DNA from: Octopus bimaculoides
Taxonomy: Eukaryota
Direction of reading: 5' to 3'
DNA length: 64,000 bases
Assembly (NCBI RefSeq): GCF_001194135.2
Contig: NC_068984.1
Coordinates: 28,345,164 to 28,409,163, forward strand
A program made the position numbers and the translations under genes. This document shows, in pieces, positions 38,823-53,139 of the stretch. The notes under the pieces are model-generated. The model saw only the letters and a list, made by a program, of their open reading frames with translations. It was not told where the DNA came from and did not search any database. How positions within the stretch are numbered: position 1 is the first letter of the stretch; every line of letters begins with the position of its first letter.

Positions 38823-40522
38823 TATTACCTATACAGAAAAGTTATTAATTTGTCCCTCACCCACTGAGAGTCTAGTAGAGTTTCTGCTCCATCTTTCCTA
38901 TTGCACAAAGCACACATTTACATAGCTACACTCTAATATTTCAACAATGTATGTTTGTGTGTGTGTGTGTGTGTGTGCACGTGCTCACATGTGAGTATGC
39001 GTATTATCCATAATTTTCATTCAAAACATTGCCTGCAGAACATATTAGACATTAACATATCTAGCATTTGTATACAATAGCATATCTACAAACAAAAATT
39101 CTCTTTAGAAGTATGAGATCTCTCTTTCTCACCCTCTCTCTCTCTCACCTTCTGTCATTCTTTCTCTCTTACTCTTTTTCTGTATATAAATTTGTACACA
39201 CATACATATATAACGTTTTGACTAATTTTATTATAGGAATCAAAATTCAATAGGTACAGTAATGGAGCAAAGCATATATGTTATAAATGTATATATTAGC
39301 AATATGTTTCCAAATAATATAATCTGGAAAGTAAATATCTCTAGTTTCAACAATATATTACTCTATCTATCTGATAAGCAATGTGTTTTTGATACAATGA
39401 TAGCAATTTTCACTGTATTCTAAGAGTGTTAATAATTGCTATTCCCAGACTGAAACTGGCGCCTAATGAATATTTTTAATAAAGAGTCCTTCCACAACCA
39501 ACTTAAATCAATCTTATTTCTCACTATCGAATGACTTAATTGTTTTAATATAAGAGTCTGTGATTATTACATTCACAGCAGAATTTGATCACTCTTTCAG
39601 TTCAAATCACTTATATTGTTTCCAAGGTCATCACAAAATCGTATTAATTTCATATTGTTTAATATTGCTATTCATATTATTTTTGCACTTTATACCTATT
39701 GATTTTTATTATTCTATTTTATATTATTGCAGAACATTTATCTCAATAAAATGGGGAATATTTCTAGCTTAGTGATTTCAACTTCTTGATAAAATTACAT
39801 AGCACGATTATGTATGTACTGGCTCAATGTCAAACCACTTGTGAAGCTGAACAGGACCCATGTAGAAGCAATGCAATTTCTGACATTAGCTTACTTTTTG
39901 TTTTGGTTTTGTAACACACTTGGCTTTGGTTTTTATAATATCTCCAAATCTTCTGGAAATTTTCCTGCTTTATTGAGAGTTTGTGCAGAAAATTGATTAA
40001 AGTCTGATTAGATTCAATCAAGGAGATTATACAAACATTTTGTGAAGTGGAACTAAATATTCAAGAATCATTAATTCTGTGATATCCTGTTATATTTAAG
40101 AAATGAAGTGCACTTTTTATATGCCACTCCCACTAGGTTTGAATTATTTAAAATGCATCTGAACTCAGCATGAGAGATCATTGTTCCAGCAACACTGGCA
40201 GACATAATGGCTTGATCTTTCACACTTATAGAGAAAATTATTGTTAATAGATTTGTTATTACATACACATGGTAGATATATCAGTCTGTTCTGTATTTTG
40301 CCAATGCTTTGAATGAAAACTATGGACAATTTCATCATCATCATTATCATTGTCATATGGCAGAAAATTTAGCATTATGGTAAGCTCTTGGTGAATTGAG
40401 CACTAAGCTAGGTTTCACTTCAGAACTAGTTTTATGGGTGTTGGGGTTATCCTATTTGTTATTAAAATACAGAGGTCAGTTTTTACTGGATTTGGTAGAA
40501 GGAAACTGAAGGAAGCCCATCG

Positions 40523-40559
<37 letters not shown>

Positions 40560-40682
40560 ATGTATGTGTGTGTATATGTTTGTGTGTCTGTGTTTGTCCC
40601 CCCAACATTACTTCACAACCAATGCTCGTGTGTTTACATTCCCATAACTAAGTGGTTCGGCAAAAGAGACCGATAGAATAAG

Positions 40683-40770
40683 TCCTTGGGGCTGGAACAG
40701 ATTGGAGCAATCTCGAGTATAACCAGCCGAAATTACAAAGATAATCTGGAACTCGACTGAGGAAAGAAAA
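40683..40770. repeat. fragment of the Penelope-like repeat also at 63855-63935
   Basis: ccttggggctgg..ggagcaatctcgagtataaccagccgaaattacaaagataatctggaactcgactgagga, near-identical to the copy at the window end. Confidence 0.75.
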
Positions 40771-40821
40771 TAATAATAATAATAGTAATAATAATAATAA
40801 TATCAACAACAATAATAATAA

Positions 40822-41765
40822 TCATCATCATCATCGTTTAACGTCCGCTTTCCATGCTAGCATGGGTTGGACGATTTGACTGAGGACTGGTGAAACCGGA
40901 TGGCAACACCAGGCTCCAATCTAATTTGGCAGAGTTTCTACAGCTGGATGCCCTTCCTAACGCCAACCACTCAGAGAGTGTAGTGGGTGCTTTTACGTGT
41001 CACCCGCACAAAATGGTGTCTTTTATGTGCCACCCGCACAAGCCAGTCCAGGGGCACTGGCAACGTTCTCGCTCGAAAATCCTACGGGAGCCAGCCAGGC
41101 GGTACTGGCAATGGCCACGCTCAAAATGGTGCATCTCATGTGCCACCCGCACAAGAGCCAGTCCAGGAGCACTGGCAGCGATCTTACTTGGCTTGCCNNN
41201 NNNNNNNNNNNNNNNNNNNNNNNNNNNNNNNNNNNNNNNNNNNNNNNNNNNNNNNNNNNNNNNNNNNNNNNNNNNNNNNNNNNNNNNNNNNNNNNNNNNN
41301 NNNNNNNNNNNNNNNNNNNNNNNNNNNNNNNNNNNNNNNNNNNNNNNNNNNNNNNNNNNNNNNNNNNNNNNNNNNNNNNNNNNNNNNNNNNNNNNNNNNN
41401 NNNNNNNNNNNNNNNNNNNNNNNNNNNNNGCTTTTCTCTCAAGATACTTACACTCTGACGGGTATTCACATTGACATTACACATCCAACGGAGCATACTG
41501 GCTTCATTCCTTGTGAGCTTACGCATGTCCTCAGCAGTCACAGCCCATGTTTCACTGCCATGTAGCATGGCTGTTCATACACATGCGTCATACAGTCTGC
41601 CTTTTACTCTGAGTGAGAGTCCCTTTGTCGCCAGCAGAGGTAAGAGCTCTCTAAACTTTGCCCAGGCTATTCTTATTCTAGCAGCTACACTTTCAGCGCA
41701 CCCACCCCCACTACTAACTTGGTCGCCCAGATAGCGGAAACTATCGACTACCTCTAGTTTTTCAC
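40822..41765 (-). mobile_element. RTE-type LINE 3' portion (RT C-terminus, gap, 3' UTR, GAT tail)
   Basis: EVVDSFRYLGDQVSSGGGCAESVAARIRIAWAKFRELLPLLATKGLSLRVKGRLYDACV*TAMLHGSETWAVTAEDMRKLTRNEASMLRWMC, followed by the shared 3' UTR. Confidence 0.92.
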
Positions 41766-41794
41766 CCTGGAATAATAATAATAGTAATAATAAT

Positions 41795-42003
41795 CCTTTG
41801 TGCTATAGGCACAAGGCCTGAATTTTGGGGGAGGGGTAAGTTGATTACATCGACCCCAGTACGCAACTGGTACTTATTTTATTGACTTCGAAAGAATGAA
41901 AGGCAAAATCAACCTCAGCAGAATTTTAACTTAGAATGTAAAGATGGCTGAAACTCCATCAAGCATTTTGCCTGGTGTTGCTAAGGATTCAGCCAGCTTG
42001 CTA
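41795..42003 (-). mobile_element. SINE family B
   Basis: Reverse complement of family B motifs. Confidence 0.75.
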
Positions 42004-42119
42004 CCTTTATCAATAAATAATAATAATAATAATAATAACAATAACAACAATAATAATGATAATAATATTTACCTTCATGAAGAGTTACATCAATCTATAA
42101 ATAATAATAAAGTAATATT

Positions 42120-42515
42120 TATGCGCAGGAGTGGCTGTGTGGTAAGTAGCTTGCTTACCAACCACATGGTTCTGGGTTCATTCCCACTACGTGGCATCTT
42201 GGGCAAGTGTCTTCTACTATAGCCTTGGGCTGGCCAAAGCCTTGTGAGTGGATTTGGTAGACAGAAACTGAAAGAAGCCCATCGTGTATATGTATATATG
42301 TATGTGTGCGTATGTTTGTGTGTCTGTGCTTGTCCTTCGAACATTGCTTGACAACTGATAGTGGTGTGTTTATGTCCCTGTAACTTAGCAGTTCGGCAAA
42401 AAGAGAACCTATAGAATAAGTACTAGGCTTACAAAGAATAAGTCCTGGGGTCGATTTGCTCGACTAAAGGTGGTGCTCCAGCATGGCCACAGTCAAATGA
42501 CTGAAACAAGTAAAA
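42120..42515 (+). mobile_element. SINE family A, full length
   Basis: gcgcaggagtggctgtgtggtaagtagc...ggttcattcccac...gtcaaatgactgaaacaagtaaaaagaat. Confidence 0.9.
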
Positions 42516-42519
42516 AGAA

Positions 42520-43125
42520 TATTGGCATAACACGAATACAAAAAATGCCATGACAATGTGGCAAGAATGATCCATTGGGAACTCTGTGGAAATCACGGCC
42601 TACAAAGTGCAAAGATGTAGTATCAGCAAACCCCAGAATGAGTCACCAAGAATGAGAATTGCAAAATCTTGTGGTATGCAATGATCCAGACACCGGAAAC
42701 CGTACATTGTTTTAGTGAATAAAAAAGAAAGAACATGCATGATAATTGACATGGTCTGCTCTGATGAAAACAGGATTAATAGGAAAGAAGAAGGAAGAAT
42801 AAACAACTATGACGATTTGAGGTGGGAAATACTTAGGTTGTGGCCAATGAGGGGAGTAGACGTGATCCCAATAGTGATTGGGTCACTTAGAAGTATCAGC
42901 ACTCGACTACCAGCATGGCTGAAAAAGATTGGTGCAAGTGTGAAGGTAGAACACCTATGAAAATCAGCATTGCTTGGAGCTGCAAGGATTCTCCACAGGG
43001 TTCTTGAAGCATGACCAGTAAACAAATATCACCTTAGTCTGCTGGCTGTGGACAGCTGACACTTTCCATCATACCCAGCAGAATAAGCTGTGAGTTTTCC
43101 TTACATAATAATAATAATAATAATG
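42520..43125 (+). mobile_element. R4/Dong-type LINE 3' fragment
   Basis: HEYKKCHDNVARMIHWELC...CMIIDMVCSDENRINRKEEGRINNYDDL..VIPIVIGSL..KSALLGAARIL with stops, ending in a (TAA)n tail. Confidence 0.85.
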
Positions 43126-43129
43126 CAAT

Positions 43130-43675
43130 ACCAAGCAGTGGCTCTCATGGCTTCTGATCTTAATTGATTGGAAGTGTTATCATGTACATTGTTTTGTCTT
43201 GGTATAAAAGATGGGCTACGGCAAATATTCTGCTCAATACCACAGATTTGCTTGTCAGTAACTTGACCTTAACCAGTTGAGCATGTCCCTTGGTGGTTGA
43301 TGATATGTCCATCTCTGATCACAAGCAGAAGTAGTGCGGGGACATCATAGCCATGTGTTGAGAGGATTTCTTTCGGGTTTGGATAATTCACCTTTGGAAA
43401 CATAGGTGTCTTGTTCAACATCCTTAAACAACTCTTATTCGGGTACCTTTTGAGTGGGATGGGCCACTTGACCTGAAGAAAATTCTAACTGGGCTCCACT
43501 CGCAAGGTCATGCACTGTTAATCTTGATATGAGATCACCATGTCGTGCACATATGGTTGTGATGCATGTGCCTAGTGTACCCTTATCAGACGGGTAGTCA
43601 TGATGGGTATACTGGGCTTCATATATTTTACCCCAGTGTTACTTTGATGGCATGCACTTCTCTCTCACTCAATGA
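43130..43675. repeat. GC-richer interspersed repeat flanked by TAA-type microsatellites, class uncertain
   Basis: About 540 bp of non-coding, higher-GC sequence bounded by ataataat tracts next to the R4/Dong fragment. Confidence 0.4.
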
Positions 43676-44712
43676 TAATAACAACAGTCTAATCTGTTGT
43701 GTGTATATGAAATATTAGCAACAAGAGCAACAACAAAGACAATAACGCCAACAACAACAATATAGTGCATACAGAAAATAGCAATTACTGCTCATGCATC
43801 ACAAAAAATTCTCTCAATAGAATAATAAAATTAAAATAAGAACAAAGTGCTGCACATACTCAAGGTGCACAGAACTGTGATTGTCTCTGCACATAATATA
43901 AATATAAATAACTCTACTAAAAAAAGAAAAATGATAATAAGGCTGACATTCACAAAAATCTGTATTACGTAACTGAGGTTTTAATTATGAAAGAAATACT
44001 TGAAATCTCAATTTGTACAATGAAGTTAATTTACAATAAATTATGAAATTCTTATTTGAGATAAAATACTTTAGATAAAGAATATATGAGAATTGAAAAT
44101 ATCTTTACTGTTCTATTTTAATTTCTGTTTATTTCCCTGAAGACATCAAAAATAGTTTGTTTCTTGGATATATTTACAGAATTTAAGAAAGAAGATAAAA
44201 CAGAAAAATTATCATAAATAACATCGATGCTAGCAATAAGGAACTATTTGTCTGGTTTAATATTTGAGCAGAGAAATATATATTTTTAGAAACAAACCAA
44301 AACAAAATAATGCTAATACATATATGTGTGTGTGTGTGTTGCATACATGTGTGTATGTGTGTAGTGAGTTGTAATCTATGCATTTTTAATTACATCATCA
44401 ACATCACTAGTGACATCATCATCACCGTCATCATTGGTGACATCATCATCATCATCATCATCATCAGCAGCAGCACTGTCATCATCATCGTCACTATCTT
44501 ATGTTTTCATAGAGAATTAATTCAAAATAAATGTCTGTATTTAAATGTCACTTTTAGCATGATAGTTTGAGAAATGTTAATTTTAGGTAACCTTTCCACT
44601 CAGTTACACAAATTTCTAACTTTGAAAAGTGCTGATAGATTTTTTTGAATTTAAATTAACATTACTGTTATATAATACTCTTAAATACAATACTAGATTA
44701 GCTTAAGCTAGC

Positions 44713-44784
<72 letters not shown>

Positions 44785-45149
44785 CATTGTCATCATCATC
44801 ATCGTCGTCATCATCATCATCATTGTTTAAAGTCTGCGATGTTTTATCTGACTATAATTTGAAAAAGAAACATAGTATGCAAATGCTGACTTGTGAAATT
44901 TATGAAGGTATATGTCATTACATTATCTCATTTATTATGCATCAGTATTGAAGAAGATGCTATACTGGTTCCTAATCGAGACAAACCTTCCATTGATTTT
45001 GACAATGGCTATCTATTTCGATAAATCAATGAACCTGCTCACATGTTATATAACCGTGTAGATGGTTCACTATTCTATCAACACATATACCCTTAAGAAG
45101 TTCCTCGAGACATATCAGTGCAACCCGATGTGTTTTAGTGGTGGCACTT

Positions 45150-45618
45150 TTCAATACAGGTACCCAGCTACATGATTCTGGGTTCATTCCTATTGTGTAG
45201 CACTGTGGGCAAGTATCTTAATCTATAATCTTGGCTGACCTAAGCCTTGTGAGTGGATTTGGTTGAAGGAAACTGAAAGAAGCATTTTATGTGTTGTGTA
45301 TGTGCGTGTGTCTGTGTGCATGTGCATGTATCTGTGTGCATGTGTTGTGTGAGTGTGTTAGTGTGTGTGATGTGTGTGTGACATGTGTGTGTGTGTGGGT
45401 GGGTGGGTTGTGTTTCCTCCCCCACAACTGATTGACAACCAATGTTGGTGTGTTTATGCCACTGTAACTTAGCAGTTCAGTAAAAAGACTGATAGAATGA
45501 GTACTAGGCTTTAAAAAACAAATAAGCATTGGCATCAATCCATTTGGCAAAAATTCTTCGAAGTGTTGCACCTGCATGGCCACAGCCTAATCACTGAAAC
45601 AAGTAAAAGATAAAAGAT
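45150..45618 (+). mobile_element. SINE family A, diverged
   Basis: ctacatgattctgggttcattcc...agccttgtgagtggatttgg...gaaacaagtaaaagataaaaga. Confidence 0.75.
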
Positions 45619-47160
45619 GGAAACTTCAACAGGTTTCCACACAGTTTCTGTCTCCTCAGATTCCTTTACAAAGCTTGGATTGACTTGAAGTAATGGTAAA
45701 TGATACTTGTTTGTGATGCCATATGTTCAGGTCGAACACAAGACATTATGGTTCCAAAGCCAATTTCCCAACCATGTCCGAATCCAGTTCATATAATATA
45801 ATACAGAATAAGACACTGCAATAGAAGGCACAAAAGTATGTCTGAAACATCAGCTCATTATTAGATTTTTCAAAATAATCTGGATTATTCTGTGTTGTTT
45901 TAGTATATAACATCCTTAGAACTAAAATAAATTCAGCTATTTTTGAGGTCTACATCCTTCTTCATTAAACAGACTTCTGATCAAAGCATTCCAAATGTGG
46001 TTATCAACACTGTTTTATTTGTTCAGCCAAAGCATTCTTGTAACAACATTTCCCAATGTGGCCTTTGTTACTTTTTTCTTTCAAAGAATAGAATGTGATT
46101 GATATAAACAAGGTTTGGTCACTATTTCAAACAGGCTAGACAACCATGTAGAAGCTTCATTGTTTATTTAGTAGGCCATGTAGCATGTTTCTTGGATTCA
46201 AAGAATTGTGTGGCCTATCTCTGAAAACTCCTCCAATAGACTTGGCAAACAGACCACACAGTAAATCCAATACAGAGAAGTGTAATGCAGAGTATCCAAT
46301 CAATGAAAACACTTCATGAGTATATAAACCATAAAATATTAGGTAGTATGAGAGGGGAATATATTTATTTCACCTCTTGACATCCTTAGGATTATGACTG
46401 TTTCACAGCTTTCTTCATAATGTAATAATTTCAGTGTAGAGTAAAATTATGCTTGCCTGTTTGCACCGATATGCATGCTATGAATTAGCCAATATGAATA
46501 TATATTTACAAACTAATGCAAATAAAGAAAGCTAGCTCACGAAATCACCAAAACATCATGTTTTCCTCAACGATTTAACTCTTAGAATATTGGGTATTCC
46601 AGTAGCCCTACTTAAGAATTTTATTTATCAGACCACTATAGAACTGTAATATGATACTTAGTTTTTTCAATCCCACCCAGTAACTTGAAGAATGTTTATG
46701 GCATAATTCCTACCCAATCTAAACTATTACTGATCAATTAAAATACACAGAGAAAGTATGTAGAACCAAGCTTTTCAGTAGATATGTTATTTAGGTCAAG
46801 ATGGAAATGTCATTTCATCAATACTCAATTCTAAATATAAACTATAAGTAGAGGAAGACAGATTGAGTTAATGAGAATTCTAAAGGAAAATAACCAATAA
46901 ATTATTCACTAAGGAAGATATTCTATCTAAAAAACTTATTTTTCATAAAAGGATGAATATTTAAAAATTAAAATTAATTCGAATATCGAATATGATTAAA
47001 ATTAAATGAATATAAAAAATAATATTAAAAATAAAATAATAATAAAATTGAAAATAATTAAAAATTAATTAAACAATCTAATTACAGGATTTTTAAAAAT
47101 TAAATAACAATAACAGCAATAATAATAATAATAACAACAATAACAATAATAATTAATAGT

Positions 47161-47195
<35 letters not shown>

Positions 47196-47592
47196 TAAGA
47201 TAATTAAAATAATCAGATTAAACATCAATGAATCTACTACATAATGCTTGCTATATTGAATACACAAAATATATCAGTCTGAGAAAGGTGCAATCTATTA
47301 TATCAGAGTGCACTAATTTGTACTTCTTTTGTATGGAAAGATTTGAAAGGTTCTTCGAAATACATGTGCACATCTTTACATTAATTCTTTCCTTTTATTT
47401 AATATATTAGATTTGGATATACGGATATGCAGTGTTTCCTCTCAGCATAAGGTGCATTTTTAATTTCCTTCCATTAGAAGGCAGTGCATTACTTAAGGAC
47501 CATTTAATATTCTACCTAATATTCCTCTCTTTCAGGTTCCAGACAAATTTACTTAATGAAGTTGAGTATTTTTCTATATTTAAATAATAATC

Positions 47593-48030
47593 ATCATCAT
47601 CATCGTTTAACGTCCACCTTCCATGCTAGCATGGGTTGGACGATTTTACTGAGGACTGGTGAACCGGATGGCTGCACCAGGCTCCAATCTGATCTGGCAG
47701 AGTTTCTACAGCAGGATGCCCTTCCTTACACCAACCACTCCATAAGCTCTGAGAGCACGAAGGCCAGTCAGGCAGTACTGGCAACAGTCATGCTCAAAAT
47801 GGTGTTTTTTATGTGCCACCTGCACAGGATCCAGTCCAGCGGCACTGGCAACAACCTCTCTCGAATGTTTTTTCACGCGCCACCGGCACAAGTACGAGTA
47901 AGGCAACGCTGGTAATGATCACGCTCAAATGGTGCTATTTACGTGCCACTGGCACAGAAGCCAGATAGCTGCTTTGGCAATGATCATGCTCGAACAGTGC
48001 TCTTAGCACTCCACTGTTACAGGTGCCGTG
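47593..48030 (-). mobile_element. RTE-type LINE 3' UTR, diverged
   Basis: catcatcatcgtttaacgtccaccttccatgctagc... plus internal gtgccacc/ggcactggc repeats. Confidence 0.8.
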
Positions 48031-49199
48031 TTTATATATGTATGTATATGTCCGTGTGTGTATGTATGTATATGTCCGTGTGTGTATGTATGGTGTGTTT
48101 GTGTGTATGTATGGTGTGTTTGTATGTGTGTGGGTGAGCAAACAGTTAAAGAATTAAACAGTTAAAACATACCATTAAATTCATGTCATTCAGATATTGA
48201 TGAACTATGGCTTCAGGTTCTGGCTCTTGGACCTCAACCTTTGTCAGCATGAATCACCAATAAAAAATTCTAAATCTGTTACGTTGAACAACCATCAGTG
48301 TTCTGATTTGTTTGGCACCAAAATCAGCTGTAAATATACTTATGAGTAAATATATATTTGTAAATATATTTATGAGTAAAATTCAAATGTAAACACTCAA
48401 AGAAAAATATTATCATTGTTAATATTATCTGTTGTGAATATAAGTAATTGATGATAATAACAATGATAATATAGGTCCCAAAGTCCCCACTTCTCTTCTG
48501 TAATGTGAGTAGCCATGTAGCTCTTCTCCAGCAAGAAATCCATTCTGTCCTGGATCCTTCTTTCATACTTCAATTCCTCACCACCAAGCATAAAGCCACT
48601 GTTCTCTCCTGTGTAGCCCCACTCAGTGGAAGGCGATCTTAGTCTTGCAAGTTGCATGGCAACCACACTAGTGCTGGTGCCACAAAAAATCAGCCAAAAC
48701 ACCCTGTAAAGTGGTTGGCATTAGGTGCCCAAGCATAGAAACTGTGCCAAAGCTGATATTGTGTATCTAGATGGATAAACAATTGTTGGCTGATACAAAC
48801 TCAGAGATAAGGGGGTAACTTCTAGAATGACACATTTCAGGAAAGGAACAACTAGGTGAAATATTTATCTAACAAAGACAGAAATACATTAGAAGTAATA
48901 AAAGGAGAACAACTCAGTGTTTTAAATGGTTTTATATAGAACTAGCATAGAACTGAAAGTCTTAATGAGTAGATACCTTTTTTAAAAGAGACAAAAACAT
49001 AATTTATTGATGAGTCTGATGACTTCAAAAATTATTCTTTCTTATGGTATTTAATCTATGATTTGTTATACATTTTGTATAGCTACACAATAAAATGACC
49101 TTTGTATGTGGTGCCTTGAAATAACAGAGTCTAGTGTTAGTATGTACAGAATATTATATAAAGCATTTCAGATTTTGATGCATCTCAGGAGAGTGATTA

Positions 49200-49420
49200 C
49201 GCCAATAATAAACGCACACATACAATAGTTCTAGTTTGTTTCTTCTTATTATTATTTGCCAATTAGTTAACATTTAACCAATTCACATTACTAATTGATT
49301 GTTTGATTTGTAACAATTCAATTGATCCCACGTTTTACCACACAGAAATAATAGTTTGATCACGTGTGCAAACCCAATTGTTGTCCAATCAGCGGCTGTC
49401 GTTCAAATGATACTTCGATG
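49200..49420. promoter_or_regulatory. promoter-like motif cluster
   Basis: CACGTG at about 49361, CCAATCAG at about 49385, CGCCAAT at 49200 and several CpGs in otherwise CpG-poor DNA. Confidence 0.3.
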
Positions 49421-50710
49421 GCAAGACTAGAACCTCTCATGAACACAGCTTACAAATACATCTCAATTGAGTGCCAAAGCTCCAGAGTGATTGGGCTCCT
49501 GGTGGTGTTCACTCACCACACATAGCTATTTTCACACCTACATATTCAACATGGAACGTTCAAAGAAGACACACTATAGCAACAAGAATATGTATTTATG
49601 TGTAAAAATAAGGCATCCTTCCGATCCTTGCTACAGAATAATCTTTAGTCAGTCAACCAATCAACTTGGTTTGTCAAAGTCAGTCATGAGCAACCTGCAG
49701 CCAATACGCCTCATGCAACCTGTGAGACTTTCTAAATGACATGCCTAATGAAAAATTACCTTGAATTTCGTTAGTAGTGTGACCCACCTGATGATGAGTC
49801 ATGTCTCATATGGTCTTCTTCTTGTTAAAGGCTGCCCATGTCCTTTTGTTGCCATCCACAATCTCATCAATGAGAAGCATTCTCTATTCCAGATCTGCTT
49901 CAGGTCTGTCTATTTTTCAAGTTATAATAGAAATAATATAATTTAAATGAAAGATAGTAAATGCTAGATCTTTCCTGAGCCATAAAAAAGAACTACATTA
50001 ACATTTTGTAAAGGATACAAACTATTGTGATCTAAAATCTTTGGTAGTCCATTAGGCATATTTACATTTTAATGCTAAACTGCAGAAACTAAAGTGGTGT
50101 TAATACTTATTTTTAGCTGTGTACAAGACATTGACTGGATTAGGGTTTAGAGCATCTTTCCTTATTTTTTAATATATACTTTACCAAGCTAGCATAGAGT
50201 TTTTGTTTTGTTTTTTGCTGCAGCAATTATTTTTTACAGTTGACTGGTTTTTGTAAGCACACAAGCATGAAAAAAGAAGCTGAACCTAATATCAATCAAC
50301 CAAACTAAACAAAGGTTCATAAATATTTATGAAATTTTCTTCAAGCTAAGCAAAACAGAAAACTAGACATACAATTGCTCACAGTAATTGCAAATATAAT
50401 TACTTTATAATTACTAAACTGCTTGTGACATGACAATTTAGAATGGAAAACAAAAAGCAATACAAAATACGTTGAAAACCCAGGTAGATGAAGAAATAAT
50501 TAGTAATATGATTACGATCCTTAGAAATACAGAAAATATGAAAAACTACCCTGTATTAGGGGTAATACTTGAAGGGAAAGAACAGCTAATAATATTAACA
50601 TGTCATATGTTTGAATATGTGTCTATGTGACTGTTTCAGTTACTGGCTCTCCTTTCAATAGAAAACAGGATTAGCTTGTCTATTTACTTATCTCATTTTC
50701 TCTCTTACTC

Positions 50711-50741
<31 letters not shown>

Positions 50742-50832
50742 CGTATTGCACATGTCTGTGTGCGTGCATGCATGCATGAGTGCGTGTGTGCATGTGCACA
50801 TTGATATATAAATGTATATAAAATATATATGG

Positions 50833-50873
<41 letters not shown>

Positions 50874-50883
50874 NNNNNNNNNN

Positions 50884-50922
<39 letters not shown>

Positions 50923-50931
50923 CATCATCAT

Positions 50932-51300
50932 CAATATTATCGTCATCATCATCACCATGCTGACATGGGTTGGACAGTTTGACTGAAAACTGGTAAGCCG
51001 GGGTACTACACCAGGTTCTAATCTGATTTGACAAGGTTTCTATGACTGGATGCTCTTCCTAATGTCAACCACTCCGAGAGTGTAGTGGGTGCTTTTTACA
51101 TGCCACCAACACAAGTTTCAATGACCTGACATCAGCATCGGCCATGACTTCAGTCTCACTTGGCTTGACAGGTCTACACAATACACAAGCACAGTATATC
51201 ACCAAAGGTCTTGGTCACCTGTCAGTGCCTCCATGAGGCCCAATGATTGAAGGGCGCTTTCAGCAGGCCAGTTATGCAACACTAACATCAGCCACAACTA
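50932..51300 (-). mobile_element. RTE-related 3' fragment, older subfamily
   Basis: catcatcaccatgctgacatgggttggac...ccactccgagagtgtagtgggtgc. Confidence 0.7.
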
Positions 51301-52715
51301 CAATCTCATTCTTTATTCTATATAGACGGAAATATTATTTTCTGAAGGGCGAGTTCATACATTCGAGCGAGTTCGTTGCCAATACCACTGGACTGGCTCC
51401 TGTGCAGGTGGCACGTAAAATACACCATTTCGAGTGTGGCCGTTGCCAGTACCTCCTGACTGGCCTTCGTGCCGGTGGCACGTAAAAGCACCCACTACAC
51501 TCTCGGGGTGGTTGGCGTTATTATAAGCAACATGCCCATTTAGTCATTTTATTGACACGTGGTCCTTACACATCATGGAAGAATTAACTAAAATTTTGAT
51601 GAGTTGAATAACACTACAAACCAGATCCTGATCAGCTAAATATGATTTTTCTTCCAGTTCAAAGTCTGTTTTGGCTGCAACAATTTATACTCTACAACTT
51701 TTTATAAACAAAAAAACCTGAAGTAACAAGCAATCCTTTTTCCCTACCTCTCTCCCTTTTGCATATATATGTCAAACTTGTGAATACATGCACCCAATAT
51801 ATATTTTCAGTAAAACTATTATATGAAAACACTTGTTATATGAAAATGCATTTGTGTGTGCTGTGAAAAACTGAAATGAAAAACCCATGTGAGCAGTTAA
51901 GAGGGGAATTCATGTTGAGATATGTCCCTTGTAGAAAGGTCAGATTTTCTTCAAGGTGTGAGGGGTGACTGCTTGCAAGGTGGGATTGCAGCTTGGATGC
52001 AGATGGTATGGGTTTGATGTATGTAAAGAGGAGGGGGAGAAAGAGAGGATGAGCTGGGTTCTTCGATTTTCTTCTCAGCCATTTTACATACTCCAAAAAG
52101 AAAGACTACCCAATATTTAAAAATTACCAGAATCTCTATTTCTATATATTATATAAAGATTAAAATGTGCTTTGTATAATGTATACTGTTTATTCAAAAC
52201 TGTACATAAGTCATTGAAGAAAAATACAAATAGCAAAACTAGAAAATGTAAACAAGATTCAGTTTCATTTTGTTATAATTTTACAATCAATGAAAAAATA
52301 GTACAATGTTAAAACACATGCAAACATATTTGAAAGATATATTTATACATGAAAGCATATTTATAAATAGATTTATAAAAGTATAGTTTATATATATACA
52401 GTTCTTTTATTAGCTTCGATTTTTCATTTTTAGCACTTTTTCAACTTCTATTCTTTCGCACTTTTATTTGGCAACACTAAAAGGCAGTGATAGAATCCAT
52501 AGGGGCCAAATAAATGGATCAAATATATTTCGACAAGGATTTGCCTTATTTATGCAAAGTTAATGTATACTCTTCAGTTACTGCCTTTTAATAATTTTGA
52601 AGTTAGAAATGAATTCACGATGAAAGTAATTGCTTAGGCTTTCTATGGAAGTTTCCCACTTTGGATCAAACCTTCCAACAGAGGATGAAGGAAGCTCCTA
52701 AGAATTGTGTAGAAG

Positions 52716-52915
52716 TGCATGGCTTAGTGGTTAGGGTGTTGGACTCATGATCATAAGATTGTGATTTCGATTCCTGTATCAGGTGATGTGTTGTGTTCTT
52801 GAGCAAAACACTTCATTTCACATTGTTCCAGCCCACTCAGCTGGCAAAAATGCGTAATCCTATGATGGACCTGCATGCTGTCCAGGTGGGGAATTTACAT
52901 GCTCTGGAAACAGCC
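52716..52915 (+). mobile_element. tRNA-derived SINE (family D-like)
   Basis: tggcttagtggttaggg (A box), tttcgattcc (B box), gttcttgagcaaaacactt core. Confidence 0.7.
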
Positions 52916-53139
52916 CTTATGAATTGGCATTACTTGAAAAAGTAACTTTACCTTTTACCTTTGAATTGTTGAAAATTTCAGCTGCATCTGACTCAGTAGT
53001 ATGGCAAATTTTGCTTTTCAACCCTCCAGGGTTAATAAATTGCCTATCAAATTCTATGGTTGATATAACTGACTATCCCTTTCAAATTTCTGAATTTGTA
53101 CCTATGTCAGAAATTATTTATTAGCCTAAGAAGGGTTAT

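Noticed and set aside
46930-47210. Extremely AT-rich tract
   Set aside because: Low-complexity AAT/TAA expansion with no further structure.
49785-49815. CTGATGA followed by a small hairpin
   Set aside because: No GAAA after the hairpin.
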